Below are positions 41,979 through 53,000 of a stretch of 64,000 bases of DNA, piece after piece. The notes beneath the pieces are model-generated. The model ran no database searches. It saw nothing but the letters and a program-made list of their open reading frames with translations, and was not told the origin of the DNA. The stretch lies in the NCBI RefSeq assembly GCF_003018255.1, contig NZ_CP027440.1. One strand, 5' to 3'. Position 1 is the stretch's first letter. Each line of letters opens with the position of its first letter. A program made the translations under genes and the position numbers. The stretch comes from Escherichia coli. GTDB taxonomy: Bacteria > Pseudomonadota > Gammaproteobacteria > Enterobacterales > Enterobacteriaceae.

Positions 41979-44459
41979 TTACTGGCAAATATAATTTCTA
42001 CTTTCATCAATCTCTTTACCGAAGGTGATTGTGCATGAAAGCCCTTGTTGCTTATCAATTGCCACATTAACCGATGGCGGTACTTCATTGGTGCGAATAA
42101 ATAACTGGCTTCCCTGGCCGACAACACCAATATTATGACCATGGATATCATTGACTTCATAACCAAACGTTAATGGTTGCCCATCCGCTCTTAACGCTTT
42201 TATAAACCATGGCTTGCGCTGATCGGTATCAAAATTAACCAGTACAACCGCGCCGCGATAAGGGGCGGCAATTTTCCGGTTGCCACGTAATTCTGCTTCG
42301 CTATCGCTTTGTGACACATCCAACATCAGGTAATTTTCCCGATAAGGTGTCATTCCGTCGTATACCACCACTCCATTACGGTTTGTTGTGCGATATTTTT
42401 GCCCATTGACATAAGCATCTTTAATTCCTGGCGCATTCATCACAGCAAACGTTTCAGAAAGACGGTTTGCCAGATTAACGCCACCCGACCAGGCGACAAT
42501 GCCCCCTGAAACACTGGCTCCAGCCTGTCGATAAGCACTCGACTGACTATAACTGCCATTCACTGTCGCAACCGGCGCGTTCCAGGTTAAATTCGCCCCA
42601 GCTGTCGTTTCATTTCCCTGATACTGATAACTCAGGTTGACCCCATAGTTAAACTGATCCCGGCTTCCAACGGTTCCTGATAATCCCGTATTATTTGAGG
42701 CAACCCCCTGATCATCAAACGTCGTTGAGTTAGACATATATATTTGCCGACGAGGCGTCGTAACGTCATCACCCCAATCAAAGGGAATCGATATAAAAAT
42801 ATTAAAACGTTTCTCTTCATGATGATTCTCGTCATAAGCATGGCTTGCCGCGAGGGTATAGCTTATCCTTCGCAGGTTGTTGGAATAACTCAACTGATAA
42901 TCCTTACTGCTGCCGCTACGCCCCCAGTAATCTCGCCATAACGTACTTAAGGACACAGAACCCCAGCCTTCTGGCAATGACTGACTCATATTGGCAGAGA
43001 AGCTATTTTTACGGCCAAAATCGTTCTGGTAATAATCGGCAATGTCATAGATATCGTTTTCATCACGGCGATAATTATCTTTATTGTTTGCCCATACGTG
43101 ATCATTAAATGTCCGATAATCACGCGACGAATAACGCCAGGCCGCCAGACCAAAACGTGTCGACGTTTGGCTCACAAATTTGTTGTAGGCAATTTGATAA
43201 CTTTGCCCGTCAAACACATCGCCGTTGTCTTGTTTACTATGCGACTTCGTGGCATCGACGGAAATGGCACCAATGCGTGTATTCCAGCCAGTCCCCAAAG
43301 TGAACGCGTAATAATTATTCGCGACCATCGAGCCACCATACAGCGTTAATAAGTTATTAAAACCATACTGATGACCCGCCTGGACAAAATCACTTTGTTT
43401 GCTCGCCCCTTCAATATGGCTACGACCCGCCGCAAAATCATATTTCGACACGCCGGGTTGCAGCATATTTGGTACCGCTGCATAAGGCACCAGATAGGTG
43501 GTTACCGAACCGTCCGCCTCTTTCACGCTGACATCAAGATCTGCTCCACCTCCGGCCAACTGCAAATCTGTAATCGCAAACGGGCCAGGAGGAACCTCTT
43601 TCTGATAAACCACAAAACCATTCTGTTCAATAGTTACCAGCGCGTTACTCTGAGCAATCCCCTGCACCCGTGGCGTAAAATTTTGTTTCGAGTTAGGCAA
43701 CATCTGCATATCACGAAACAACCGCACACCGCTGAAGCGAACAGAATCAAAAATATCGCTTGATGTGTACATATCACCCACACGAAGCGTGCCGAGAAGT
43801 TGGGCAAATCCACGTTCCAGATACAGGGTATTGCTTTTCCACACCCCTGGATTGTTATTTGTTTTACTGAAACTGGCATCAGAATGCAGTTGCCACCCCT
43901 GTAAATTTAACCCGCTGTTAAAACGTACATATGTACTCTTGCTATTACCCGACGCTTTATAGTCGCTGTAATACTGACTCACATAATAAGAGGTATAAAA
44001 CGCATTAATACCCCGCTCCCAGTTTTCCGGTGGAACATAGCCACTTTCCAGTTCTTCCACCCACGCCTGCGGGACACTGAAATCGAGACGAAAAACTCCG
44101 ATATCCCAGGTATAGCTCCCACCCTGAACAAGTTGCTCAAATGTTAAACATTGCTTACCGCTGGCAAAGTTATCGGTATTAATGCCTAACCGCTTGATAA
44201 TTTCCCTTGATAAACATGTTTCTTGCGGGTTGTCTTTAACAATAATCTCATATTTCCCGCGCCATTGCTTATTGACATAAATATCGATGTCATACTGCCC
44301 CGGCAAGGGTTGATTATCATCAAGACGAATATTTGCAACCTGCTGGTCTTTCATTCCACCTATCATGAAATGGGTATCAAAGGTTTCTTCAGCTGCATAA
44401 GCTTCAATGCCGAGCAATAACGCTACGATTGCTGATGCAAGTGGGGTCATTCTCAACAT
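41979..44459 (-). CDS. yehB: Fimbrial outer-membrane usher YehB
   Basis: The track ORF starts at 44474. The conserved start is MLRMTPLASAIVALLLGIEAYA (826 aa). PapC/FimD-like size and composition. Confidence 0.92.
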   Translation of the reverse strand: MLRMTPLASAIVALLLGIEAYAAEETFDTHFMIGGMKDQQVANIRLDDNQPLPGQYDIDIYVNKQWRGKYEIIVKDNPQETCLSREIIKRLGINTDNFASGKQCLTFEQLVQGGSYTWDIGVFRLDFSVPQAWVEELESGYVPPENWERGINAFYTSYYVSQYYSDYKASGNSKSTYVRFNSGLNLQGWQLHSDASFSKTNNNPGVWKSNTLYLERGFAQLLGTLRVGDMYTSSDIFDSVRFSGVRLFRDMQMLPNSKQNFTPRVQGIAQSNALVTIEQNGFVVYQKEVPPGPFAITDLQLAGGGADLDVSVKEADGSVTTYLVPYAAVPNMLQPGVSKYDFAAGRSHIEGASKQSDFVQAGHQYGFNNLLTLYGGSMVANNYYAFTLGTGWNTRIGAISVDATKSHSKQDNGDVFDGQSYQIAYNKFVSQTSTRFGLAAWRYSSRDYRTFNDHVWANNKDNYRRDENDIYDIADYYQNDFGRKNSFSANMSQSLPEGWGSVSLSTLWRDYWGRSGSSKDYQLSYSNNLRRISYTLAASHAYDENHHEEKRFNIFISIPFDWGDDVTTPRRQIYMSNSTTFDDQGVASNNTGLSGTVGSRDQFNYGVNLSYQYQGNETTAGANLTWNAPVATVNGSYSQSSAYRQAGASVSGGIVAWSGGVNLANRLSETFAVMNAPGIKDAYVNGQKYRTTNRNGVVVYDGMTPYRENYLMLDVSQSDSEAELRGNRKIAAPYRGAVVLVNFDTDQRKPWFIKALRADGQPLTFGYEVNDIHGHNIGVVGQGSQLFIRTNEVPPSVNVAIDKQQGLSCTITFGKEIDESRNYICQ

Positions 44460-44474
44460 AGGCAGCTCCTGCAA

Positions 44475-45149
44475 TTAAATTTTGTCACTAATATAGTTGC
44501 CATGGTCATCGATAATGGTCAGATGCCAGTTATTCGCATTATTACTTTTGACATTAATACTCTGACTTTCTAAGGGGGCAATCATAATAGTTTCATAATT
44601 GACTTTGACATTATTAGCTTTGACATCCGAAATCGTTACCCAATTTTCTGAGTCATTTTTTATCACCAATCCATTGCCACTGCGATTTACCAGTAACTTT
44701 TTAAATGTCGCTTTATTTACCGGAGCAATACCCGCTGGCCGGTAAAACAACTTAATTCTGTTTTGCATCGCAAACTTCAGTGCATTCTTACCTTCTTGTT
44801 CTGGACTATTTGGTGGAATATCCAGAACATTCAGATAAAAAATACTCTCTTTATTAGTGGGTAGTTTATTCGGCATAATTTTAATTTTTACTTGCTGCCC
44901 GGAATTTGCCCCTATTTTTGCCACTGGTGGCGTTAACATGAAAGGAACCTGAATTTTTTCTGGTGGTAATGACGTATCGCCATCATCAATCCACGCCTGC
45001 AGCAGCGAAGAACGGTTTCCCTGGTTCATCAACTGCACCATCACTTCTTTATTTTCTGCCGGGTAAATAATGCGCGTCCCGTAGATAACAATACCGGCAT
45101 GTGCAGGAAGGACCATAGAAGAAATGAGTAAAGCTAATAATCCTTTCAT
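44475..45149 (-). CDS. yehC: Periplasmic fimbrial chaperone YehC
   Basis: 224 aa with signal peptide MKGLLALLISSMVLPAHA and PapD-like motifs (IYGTRIIYP, RIKLFYRP). Confidence 0.9.
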   Translation of the reverse strand: MKGLLALLISSMVLPAHAGIVIYGTRIIYPAENKEVMVQLMNQGNRSSLLQAWIDDGDTSLPPEKIQVPFMLTPPVAKIGANSGQQVKIKIMPNKLPTNKESIFYLNVLDIPPNSPEQEGKNALKFAMQNRIKLFYRPAGIAPVNKATFKKLLVNRSGNGLVIKNDSENWVTISDVKANNVKVNYETIMIAPLESQSINVKSNNANNWHLTIIDDHGNYISDKI

Positions 45150-45161
45150 CTTAATGCCTCT

Positions 45162-45194
45162 TAAATTAAAAGGCCGCCATGGGGATAGCGGCCA
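45162..45194 (-). terminator. Intra-operon hairpin/attenuator between yehD and yehC
   Basis: The minus strand reads GGCCGCTATCCCCATGGCGGCC followed by TTTTAATTT. Confidence 0.5.
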
Positions 45195-45229
45195 TGTTTA
45201 TTACCTGGAGAAACTTGCAATTTTATTTA

Positions 45230-45772
45230 TTAATCCTGCGCCACACGCATAACCAGAGAAGATAACACATCACCTGATTGCACTGAATTATCTGTCAGCT
45301 TCAGGTATTTTGCTTTAAACGGAATAGCATATTGACCTTCCGCTGTTTTATAACTCTCAATGTTAAAAGGTGCAGAAATATCCAGGACATCACTGTTATC
45401 ACCTAAATAGAGATAGTAACCCACGGTATCGTTGCTACTGGCTATCGCCTTATCGTTGCCGGTTATTTTGTCGTTTGTGATCAACGAGAGTTTTACACCA
45501 GCAACTTCTTTCGGGCAGCTAATTTTTAACATGCTGCTGGTTACACCGACTGCATCATCATAGGTAGAATATTTAGCTTTACCTTCAAAGACAGTGGTTG
45601 GTACAGTTGGCATATTAATACTTACTGAATCGCCACCTGCTTCGAATTTACACGGAGATTCTGCAATATTCCCTTTAATGGTTAATGTTCCGGTATCAAC
45701 GTCTGCGGCAAATACCCCAGCGCTCATAAAAAAAGAAGAAAAAACAGCGGCAGCAATAATTGAACGTTTCAT
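45230..45772 (-). CDS. yehD: Major fimbrial subunit YehD
   Basis: 180 aa with a signal peptide, a Cys pair and a C-terminal beta-strand motif typical of type 1 pilins. Confidence 0.9.
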   Translation of the reverse strand: MKRSIIAAAVFSSFFMSAGVFAADVDTGTLTIKGNIAESPCKFEAGGDSVSINMPTVPTTVFEGKAKYSTYDDAVGVTSSMLKISCPKEVAGVKLSLITNDKITGNDKAIASSNDTVGYYLYLGDNSDVLDISAPFNIESYKTAEGQYAIPFKAKYLKLTDNSVQSGDVLSSLVMRVAQD

Positions 45773-45991
45773 AATATGCTCCTTAATAAAATCTATTTTT
45801 GGTTGTTAAGAGTCTGTATCTCTTGGAAACAAATTTCTCACACCCAAAAAGTTGCCGCAATGTAAACACATTGTTTTATTGATTTAAAGCAAATTAACCA
45901 TTGCAATATAAACACAACAAATACTTAAACGCATTAAATATTTATCAAATCTATTAATTAATGTAGATTTCTATAAATGGTATTATTAATA

Positions 45992-46035
45992 TCAATAAAA
46001 AAGCTTAAATCATTCATGTGAATGATTTAAGCTTT
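45992..46035 (-). terminator. Rho-independent terminator of yehE
   Basis: Perfect 17-bp arms AAAGCTTAAATCATTCA/TGAATGATTTAAGCTTT, followed on the minus strand by TTTTTATT. Confidence 0.75.
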
Positions 46036-46064
46036 CTAAATCCGATTAAAACCAGGGTGGCAAA

Positions 46065-46346
46065 TTAATCGTAGCGATTTAACACGATTCGACGTTTGCT
46101 ATCGCTATCTGCAGCAATCACTTCCGTCGTTACACCTTTAACTGGCGAAGAAACCTGATGACGGGTATCAACATTATACGTTAACTGACCACAATGCTGT
46201 TGAGGTTGACCATTAACCATAGCCATACTGCATGTCGGGGGACTGATCCTACCATTAATCGTTAATGTGGCAGTTTCTGAAGAGAACGCGGGAGAGGCCA
46301 ATCCATAGGCAAGAAAAATAATTCCTGACAGCCAATACTTATTCAT
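46065..46346 (-). CDS. yehE: Small secreted protein YehE
   Basis: 93 aa with signal peptide MNKYWLSGIIFLAYGLASPAFS. Confidence 0.85.
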   Translation of the reverse strand: MNKYWLSGIIFLAYGLASPAFSSETATLTINGRISPPTCSMAMVNGQPQQHCGQLTYNVDTRHQVSSPVKGVTTEVIAADSDSKRRIVLNRYD

Positions 46347-46536
46347 TGAACGTTATCCCTGTAGTAAAGGTTATGCCTGGATAGAATGAGTGCATAACAA
46401 ACTATAGCTGTACATCCACTACACAGCCACGAAGGATGATAATGAAGCATTGCCTGTACGATCAATCGACTTTGTAGAGTTTCGGACGAAGGTCCGCAGA
46501 ATATTCGCAGCATTAAATAAGTGTTCATTAATGCGG

Positions 46537-46580
46537 CAAAAACAAATACACCGCATCAATGTAACATCTCTGCGGTGTAT
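46537..46580 (-). terminator. Rho-independent terminator of mrp
   Basis: The minus strand reads ATACACCGCAGAGATGTTACATTGATGCGGTGTAT followed by TTGTTTTT. Confidence 0.7.
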
Positions 46581-46608
46581 GAAGAATAACCAGAATGGTT
46601 AATACGCG

Positions 46609-47718
46609 TTAGACCGCGCGGAAGGAAATCTCGCCTGGAATGACTTCACCCTGCCAGTAAAGCTGAGCTGCAACGCGGTCAGCCAGCTGGCGGTAGATAG
46701 CGGTAAATTCGCTCTCAGGACGGCTGATAACCGTTGGCGTGCCTTTATCGAGATCCTCACGTAAGGAGATGTGTAACGGCATCTGCCCCAGCAGCTGTGT
46801 GTGGTATTTCTCGGCCAGTTTCTCTGCACCACCGGTACCGAAAATCGGTTCATGGTGACCACAGTTACTGCAAATATGCACACTCATGTTCTCGACAATA
46901 CCGAGCACCGGAACCTCGACTTTCTCGAACATCACAATGCCTTTTTTCGCATCGATCAACGCGATGTCCTGCGGGGTGGTGACCACGACTGCACCGGTTA
47001 CTGGAATGTTTTGTGCCAATGTCAATTGAATGTCACCGGTACCTGGCGGCATATCAAGCACCAGATAGTCGAGATCCGGCCACAAGGTTTCCTGCAACAT
47101 TTGCATTAACGCCTTGCTCGCCATTGGGCCACGCCACACCATCGCATTGTCGTCTGTCACCAGATAACCAATTGAATTAGTTGCCAGGCCATGAGACATA
47201 ATCGGTGCCATATGGGTACCGTCCGGCGAAGTTGGACGCTGATTTTCTGCACCCAGCATGTTAGGGATTGATGGGCCGTAGATATCGGCGTCCAGAATGC
47301 CGACTTTCGCCCCTTCCGCCGCCAGTGCCAACGCCAGGTTTACCGCCGTGGAGGATTTACCCACGCCACCTTTACCGGAACTGACCGCGATAATGTTCTT
47401 CACGCCGTTAATTCCCGGCTGATTCTTCACGCGTTTCAGAGTGGCTATGTTATGCGACAGTTTCCAGTCGATAGCTTTCGCTCCGGTGATGCGCAGCAGT
47501 TCGGCGCTACATTGCTCTTTTAACTCTTCGAACGCGCTATGCCAGACGAATGGCATAACCAGTTCCACATGCAGCGTGTCGTCCATCCAGGCGACATGGT
47601 GCAACGCTTTCAGCGTTGTGAGGTTATGCTTCAGGGTTGGGTGCTGAAAATTGGCCAGTGTCCCGGCGACCATTGCGCGCAAGGCTTCTGGTGATTTGGC
47701 CTGGGATTGTTCGTTCAT
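46609..47718 (-). CDS. mrp: Fe-S cluster carrier ATPase Mrp (ApbC)
   Basis: The track ORF starts at 47748. The conserved start is MNEQSQAKSPEAL (369 aa). Deviant Walker A SGKGGVGKSS and the CxxC motif (CSNCG). Confidence 0.94.
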   Translation of the reverse strand: MNEQSQAKSPEALRAMVAGTLANFQHPTLKHNLTTLKALHHVAWMDDTLHVELVMPFVWHSAFEELKEQCSAELLRITGAKAIDWKLSHNIATLKRVKNQPGINGVKNIIAVSSGKGGVGKSSTAVNLALALAAEGAKVGILDADIYGPSIPNMLGAENQRPTSPDGTHMAPIMSHGLATNSIGYLVTDDNAMVWRGPMASKALMQMLQETLWPDLDYLVLDMPPGTGDIQLTLAQNIPVTGAVVVTTPQDIALIDAKKGIVMFEKVEVPVLGIVENMSVHICSNCGHHEPIFGTGGAEKLAEKYHTQLLGQMPLHISLREDLDKGTPTVISRPESEFTAIYRQLADRVAAQLYWQGEVIPGEISFRAV

Positions 47719-47849
47719 CCCGACTCCTTTTTTGTATAGATAAACCATCAGTTGATAGTTTACCTGAAGAATATAGAGAAGTACTTACTTAACATTTTCC
47801 CATTTGGTACTATCTAAGCCCTTTTCACTATTAAGAAGTAATGCCTACT

Positions 47850-49883
47850 ATGACTCAAGTCGCGAAGAAAATTCTGGTGACGTGCGCACTGCCGTACGCT
47901 AACGGCTCAATCCACCTCGGCCATATGCTGGAGCACATCCAGGCTGATGTCTGGGTCCGTTACCAGCGAATGCGCGGCCACGAGGTCAACTTCATCTGCG
48001 CCGACGATGCCCACGGTACACCAATCATGTTGAAAGCTCAGCAGCTTGGTATCACTCCGGAGCAGATGATTGGCGAAATGAGTCAGGAGCATCAGACTGA
48101 TTTCGCAGGCTTTAACATCAGCTATGACAACTATCACTCGACGCACAGCGAAGAGAACCGCCAGTTGTCAGAACTTATCTACTCTCGCCTGAAAGAAAAC
48201 GGTTTTATTAAAAACCGCACCATCTCTCAGCTGTACGATCCGGAAAAAGGCATGTTCCTGCCGGACCGTTTTGTAAAAGGCACCTGCCCGAAATGTAAAT
48301 CCCCGGATCAATACGGCGATAACTGCGAAGTCTGCGGCGCGACCTACAGCCCGACTGAACTGATCGAGCCGAAATCGGTGGTTTCTGGCGCTACCCCGGT
48401 AATGCGTGATTCTGAACACTTCTTCTTTGATCTGCCCTCTTTCAGCGAAATGCTGCAGGCATGGACCCGCAGCGGTGCGTTGCAGGAGCAGGTGGCAAAT
48501 AAAATGCAGGAGTGGTTTGAATCTGGCCTGCAACAGTGGGATATCTCCCGCGACGCCCCTTATTTCGGTTTTGAAATTCCGAACGCGCCGGGCAAATATT
48601 TCTACGTCTGGCTGGACGCACCGATTGGCTACATGGGTTCTTTCAAGAATCTGTGTGACAAGCGCGGCGACAGCGTAAGCTTCGATGAATACTGGAAGAA
48701 AGACTCCACTGCCGAGCTGTACCACTTCATCGGTAAAGATATTGTTTACTTCCACAGCCTGTTCTGGCCTGCCATGTTGGAAGGTAGCAACTTCCGCAAG
48801 CCGACCAACCTGTTTGTTCACGGCTATGTAACGGTGAACGGCGCGAAGATGTCCAAGTCTCGCGGCACCTTTATTAAAGCCAGCACCTGGCTGAATCATT
48901 TTGACGCTGACAGCCTGCGTTACTACTACACTGCGAAACTCTCTTCGCGCATTGATGATATCGATCTCAACCTCGAGGATTTCGTTCAGCGTGTGAATGC
49001 TGATATCGTCAACAAAGTGGTTAATCTGGCGTCCCGTAACGCGGGCTTTATCAACAAACGTTTTGACGGCGTGCTGGCAAGCGAACTGGCTGACCCGCAA
49101 CTGTACAAAACCTTCACTGATGCCGCTGAAGAGATTGGCGAAGCGTGGGAAAGCCGTGAATTTGGTAAAGCAGTGCGCGAAATCATGGCACTGGCTGACC
49201 TGGCTAACCGCTATGTCGATGAACAGGCTCCGTGGGTGGTGGCGAAGCAGGAAGGTCGCGATGCTGACCTGCAGGCGATTTGCTCTATGGGCATTAACCT
49301 GTTCCGCGTACTGATGACTTACCTGAAGCCGGTACTGCCGAAACTGACTGAACGAGCAGAAGCATTCCTGAATACGGAACTGACCTGGGATGGTATCCAG
49401 CAACCGCTGCTGGGCCATAAAGTGAATCCGTTCAAAGCACTGTATAACCGTATCGACATGAAGCAGGTTGAAGCACTGGTGGAAGCGTCTAAAGAAGAAG
49501 TGAAAGCCACTACCGCGCCAGTTACTGGCCCACTGGCAGATGATCCGATTCAGGAAACCATCACCTTTGACGACTTCGCTAAAGTTGACCTGCGCGTGGC
49601 GCTGATTGAAAACGCAGAGTTTGTTGAAGGTTCTGACAAACTGCTGCGCCTGACGCTGGATCTCGGCGGTGAAAAACGCAATGTCTTCTCCGGCATTCGT
49701 TCTGCTTACCCGGATCCGCAGGCACTTATTGGTCGTCACACCATTATGGTGGCTAACCTGGCACCACGTAAAATGCGCTTCGGTATCTCCGAAGGCATGG
49801 TGATGGCTGCTGGTCCTGGCGGGAAAGATATCTTCCTGCTAAGCCCGGATGCCGGTGCTAAACCGGGTCATCAGGTGAAATAA
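47850..49883 (+). CDS. metG: Methionyl-tRNA synthetase
   Basis: The track ORF starts at 47841. The conserved start is [25 protein letters not shown] (HIGH motif). KMSKS is present, as are Zn-knuckle cysteines. 677 aa. Confidence 0.97.
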   Translation: MTQVAKKILVTCALPYANGSIHLGHMLEHIQADVWVRYQRMRGHEVNFICADDAHGTPIMLKAQQLGITPEQMIGEMSQEHQTDFAGFNISYDNYHSTHSEENRQLSELIYSRLKENGFIKNRTISQLYDPEKGMFLPDRFVKGTCPKCKSPDQYGDNCEVCGATYSPTELIEPKSVVSGATPVMRDSEHFFFDLPSFSEMLQAWTRSGALQEQVANKMQEWFESGLQQWDISRDAPYFGFEIPNAPGKYFYVWLDAPIGYMGSFKNLCDKRGDSVSFDEYWKKDSTAELYHFIGKDIVYFHSLFWPAMLEGSNFRKPTNLFVHGYVTVNGAKMSKSRGTFIKASTWLNHFDADSLRYYYTAKLSSRIDDIDLNLEDFVQRVNADIVNKVVNLASRNAGFINKRFDGVLASELADPQLYKTFTDAAEEIGEAWESREFGKAVREIMALADLANRYVDEQAPWVVAKQEGRDADLQAICSMGINLFRVLMTYLKPVLPKLTERAEAFLNTELTWDGIQQPLLGHKVNPFKALYNRIDMKQVEALVEASKEEVKATTAPVTGPLADDPIQETITFDDFAKVDLRVALIENAEFVEGSDKLLRLTLDLGGEKRNVFSGIRSAYPDPQALIGRHTIMVANLAPRKMRFGISEGMVMAAGPGGKDIFLLSPDAGAKPGHQVK

Positions 49884-49893
49884 TCCCCCCTTC

Positions 49894-49923
49894 AAGGCGC
49901 TGCATCGACAGCGCCTTTTCTTT
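49894..49923 (+). terminator. metG rho-independent terminator
   Basis: AAGGCGCTGCATCGACAGCGCCTT followed by TTCTTT. Confidence 0.8.
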
Positions 49924-50024
49924 ATAAATTCCTAAATTTGTTTTCTTGCGATTTTGTCTCTCTCTAACCCGCATAAATACTGGTAGCATCTGCATTCAAC
50001 TGGATAAAATTACAGGGATGCAGA

Positions 50025-53000
50025 ATGAGACACTTTATCTATCAGGACGAAAAATCACATAAATTCTGGGCGGTGGAGCAGCAGGGAAACGAACTGCACA
50101 TCAACTGGGGTAAAGTCGGCACCAACGGACAAAGCCAGGTAAAAAGTTTTGCGGATGCAGCAGCGGCGGAAAAAGCGGGACTGAAGCTGATTGCAGAGAA
50201 GGTGAAGAAGGGGTATGTGGAGCAAGCGAAGGATAATTCTTTGCAACCTTCCCAAACGGTAACGGACTCTCTCAAGGTAGCTGACTTATCCACCATTATT
50301 CAGGAACAACCCTCTTTCGTAGCAGAAACCCGTGCGGCTGACAAAAATACAGATGCTGTTTTACCGTGGCTGGCGAAAGATATTGCTGTCGTTTTTCCGC
50401 CCGAAGTTGTACACACCACGTTAAGTCATCGCCGCTTTCCCGGAGTTCCTGTTCAGCAAGCAGACAAATTGACCCAATTACGTCGCTTAGCCTGTAGTGT
50501 GTCGCAACGGGATAATAAAACAGCCACATTTGACTTCAGCGCCTGTTCTTTAGAATGGCAAAACACCGTCGCCCAGGCGATCAGTCAGATCGACGGCCTG
50601 AAAACAACACAGCTACCATCACCCGTAATGGCTGTACTCACTGCACTTGAAATGAAATGCACAAGATATAAAGAGCGTGAGGATGTTATGGATCAGATTA
50701 TTCAGGAAGGCGGTCTGGAATATGCTACTGATGTAATAATACATCTTCAACAAATATCTATTGAATGGGATTATGTCAACAATAATATTGTTTTCCTGTC
50801 GTCTGGCATTTCACCTGATTACTTGCAGCAATATTCCAGCTTTGAATTACGCCTACGTAAACATTTATCACTGGCGGAAGAGTCTCTCTGGCAAAAATGT
50901 GCACAAAAACTTATTGCCGCAATTCCACATATTCCAGAATGGCGGCAACCATTAATTGCTTTGTTATTACCCGAAAAACCAGAAATTGCACATGAAATTT
51001 CCCAGCGTCTACTGGGGCAAAAGAAATTACCCTCGCTTGAGTGGCTAAAAATAGTGGCGACTGATGAGCACATTCTTGCCTCATTAGAAAAATATCACGA
51101 GCCATATGCCATTTTTGATGATTACTATTGTGGTGCGATATGGTCAGCCACCGTATTACAGGAGCAAGGTGTTACAGCCCTGCCCCGATTTGCTCCCTAT
51201 GCCGCAAGTGACTACTGCGCCGATGTGTTGCGTCATATCAATCATCCGTTCGCATTAACACTGCTTATACGTGTAGCCGGGCATACTAAACGCTGTCACG
51301 ATCGAATGACGAAAGCCTGCGCTGCGTTCCCACACGCAGCACTGGCAGCACTGGCGGAACTTCTAGTGCAAAAAGAAGAGAATAGTTGGCGCATTATGCT
51401 AATGACGATGCTTATCTCGCATCCGACACTAGCAGAACAGGTCATTCCCTGGCTTTCGACACCCGCAGTTGCAGTGCTGAAATCATGTCAGCAACAACTG
51501 ACACAGCCCTCAAACCATGCCAGCGCCGATCTACTGCCGGCCATAGTAGTCTCCCCACCATGGCTTTCGAAAAAGAAAAAATCGCCGATTCCGGTGCTGG
51601 ATTTAGCACCGCTCAACCTCGAATCCATATGCACAATAACCGACACAGAAGCTAAAGAGTTTCAAACTCATTGGGACTGGGAACCGCATAAGCCAAGTGA
51701 AGGTGCTAAAAATTTCCTTTACTCGCTGGGGTATCGCCGCTGGGATTTTGACACATATAAATATATCGGCGCTTCTGACTCGGCAATTGACGCATGGGAA
51801 CGTGAGGACTTCGCTACACTCATCCAAATGTTTAAAGCCCACCATGCACCGTATCAGGGGGAGTGGCATCTCAACTCACTTCCCTTTTTACCTATGCAAA
51901 AAGCGATTAAGCTATGGGAATTTCTCAGCAAAGAGCCGCATACCGCGATAAAACCAGTCATGCTTTATTTGCGACTGGCAGGTATGAGTGGTTTTCTACA
52001 CTCGTTTTCACGCTACCCTCAAGAAGGTTTTGCGGTTGCTAATTATTTTGCCGCAACGGAACTGGCTCCTGCCGTCGCCCGCGCCTTCAACAAACTCAAA
52101 ACATTACGACAAGACGCCAGTAGCTGGCTGCTGAAATACCCGGAACACGCCATTACCGGCCTGCTGCCTGCAGCGCTCGGCAAAGCCAGTGAAGCACAGG
52201 ACAACGCCCGTGCTGCCTTGCGTATGCTTACCGAAAACGGTCATCAGCCATTGCTGCAAGAAATCGCCCGGCGTTATAACCAGCCGGAAGTAACCGATGC
52301 GGTGAACGCTCTACTTGCGCTCGATGCCTTAGATAATCACCCGACAAAAATCCCCACTCTTCCGACCTTTTATCAGCCATCGCTCTGGACGCGCCCGTTA
52401 TTAAAAGCAAACGCCCAATCACTGCCTGATAGCGCACTCCTCCACCTCGGTGAAATGCTCCGCTTCCCTCAGGAAGAGGCACTGTATCCGGGATTATTGC
52501 AGGTGAAAGATGCCTGTACCACCGACTCACTGGCTGAATTTGCCTGGGATCTGTTTACCGCCTGGCAGACCGCTGGCGCGCCGTCGAAAGAGAGTTGGGC
52601 GTTCACTGCGTTAGGCGTTCTCGGTAACGATGACACCGCCCGCAAACTGACGCCTTTGATTCGCGCCTGGCCTGGTGAATCCCAGCATAAACGCGCCACC
52701 GTCGGGTTGGATATTCTCGCTGCTATCGGTAGTGATATCGCCCTGATGCAGCTTAACGGCATCGCCCAGAAACTGAAATTCAAAGCATTACAGGAGCGGG
52801 CAAAAGAAAAAATTGCCGACATTGCCGAGAGCCGCGAACTCACGGTGGCGGAGCTTGAAGATCGGTTAGCACCGGATCTCGGTCTGGATGATAATGGTTC
52901 GTTGTTGCTGGATTTCGGCCCACGCCAGTTCACCGTCAGCTTTGATGAAACCTTAAAACCGTTTGTGCGTGACGCTTCCGGCAGTCGTCTGAAAGACCTG

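Noticed and set aside
46343-46528. 61-aa minus-strand ORF upstream of yehE
   Set aside because: It has no SD and an odd Cys/Leu-rich composition, and it sits in the yehE promoter / mrp terminator region. It is probably spurious.
48168-49739. 523-aa ORF on the minus strand
   Set aside because: It is entirely antisense to metG, whose product is unmistakable (HIGH/KMSKS motifs). The antisense translation is low-complexity (R/F/Q/A-rich) with no recognisable motifs or start context. It is a shadow ORF of a high-GC3 gene.
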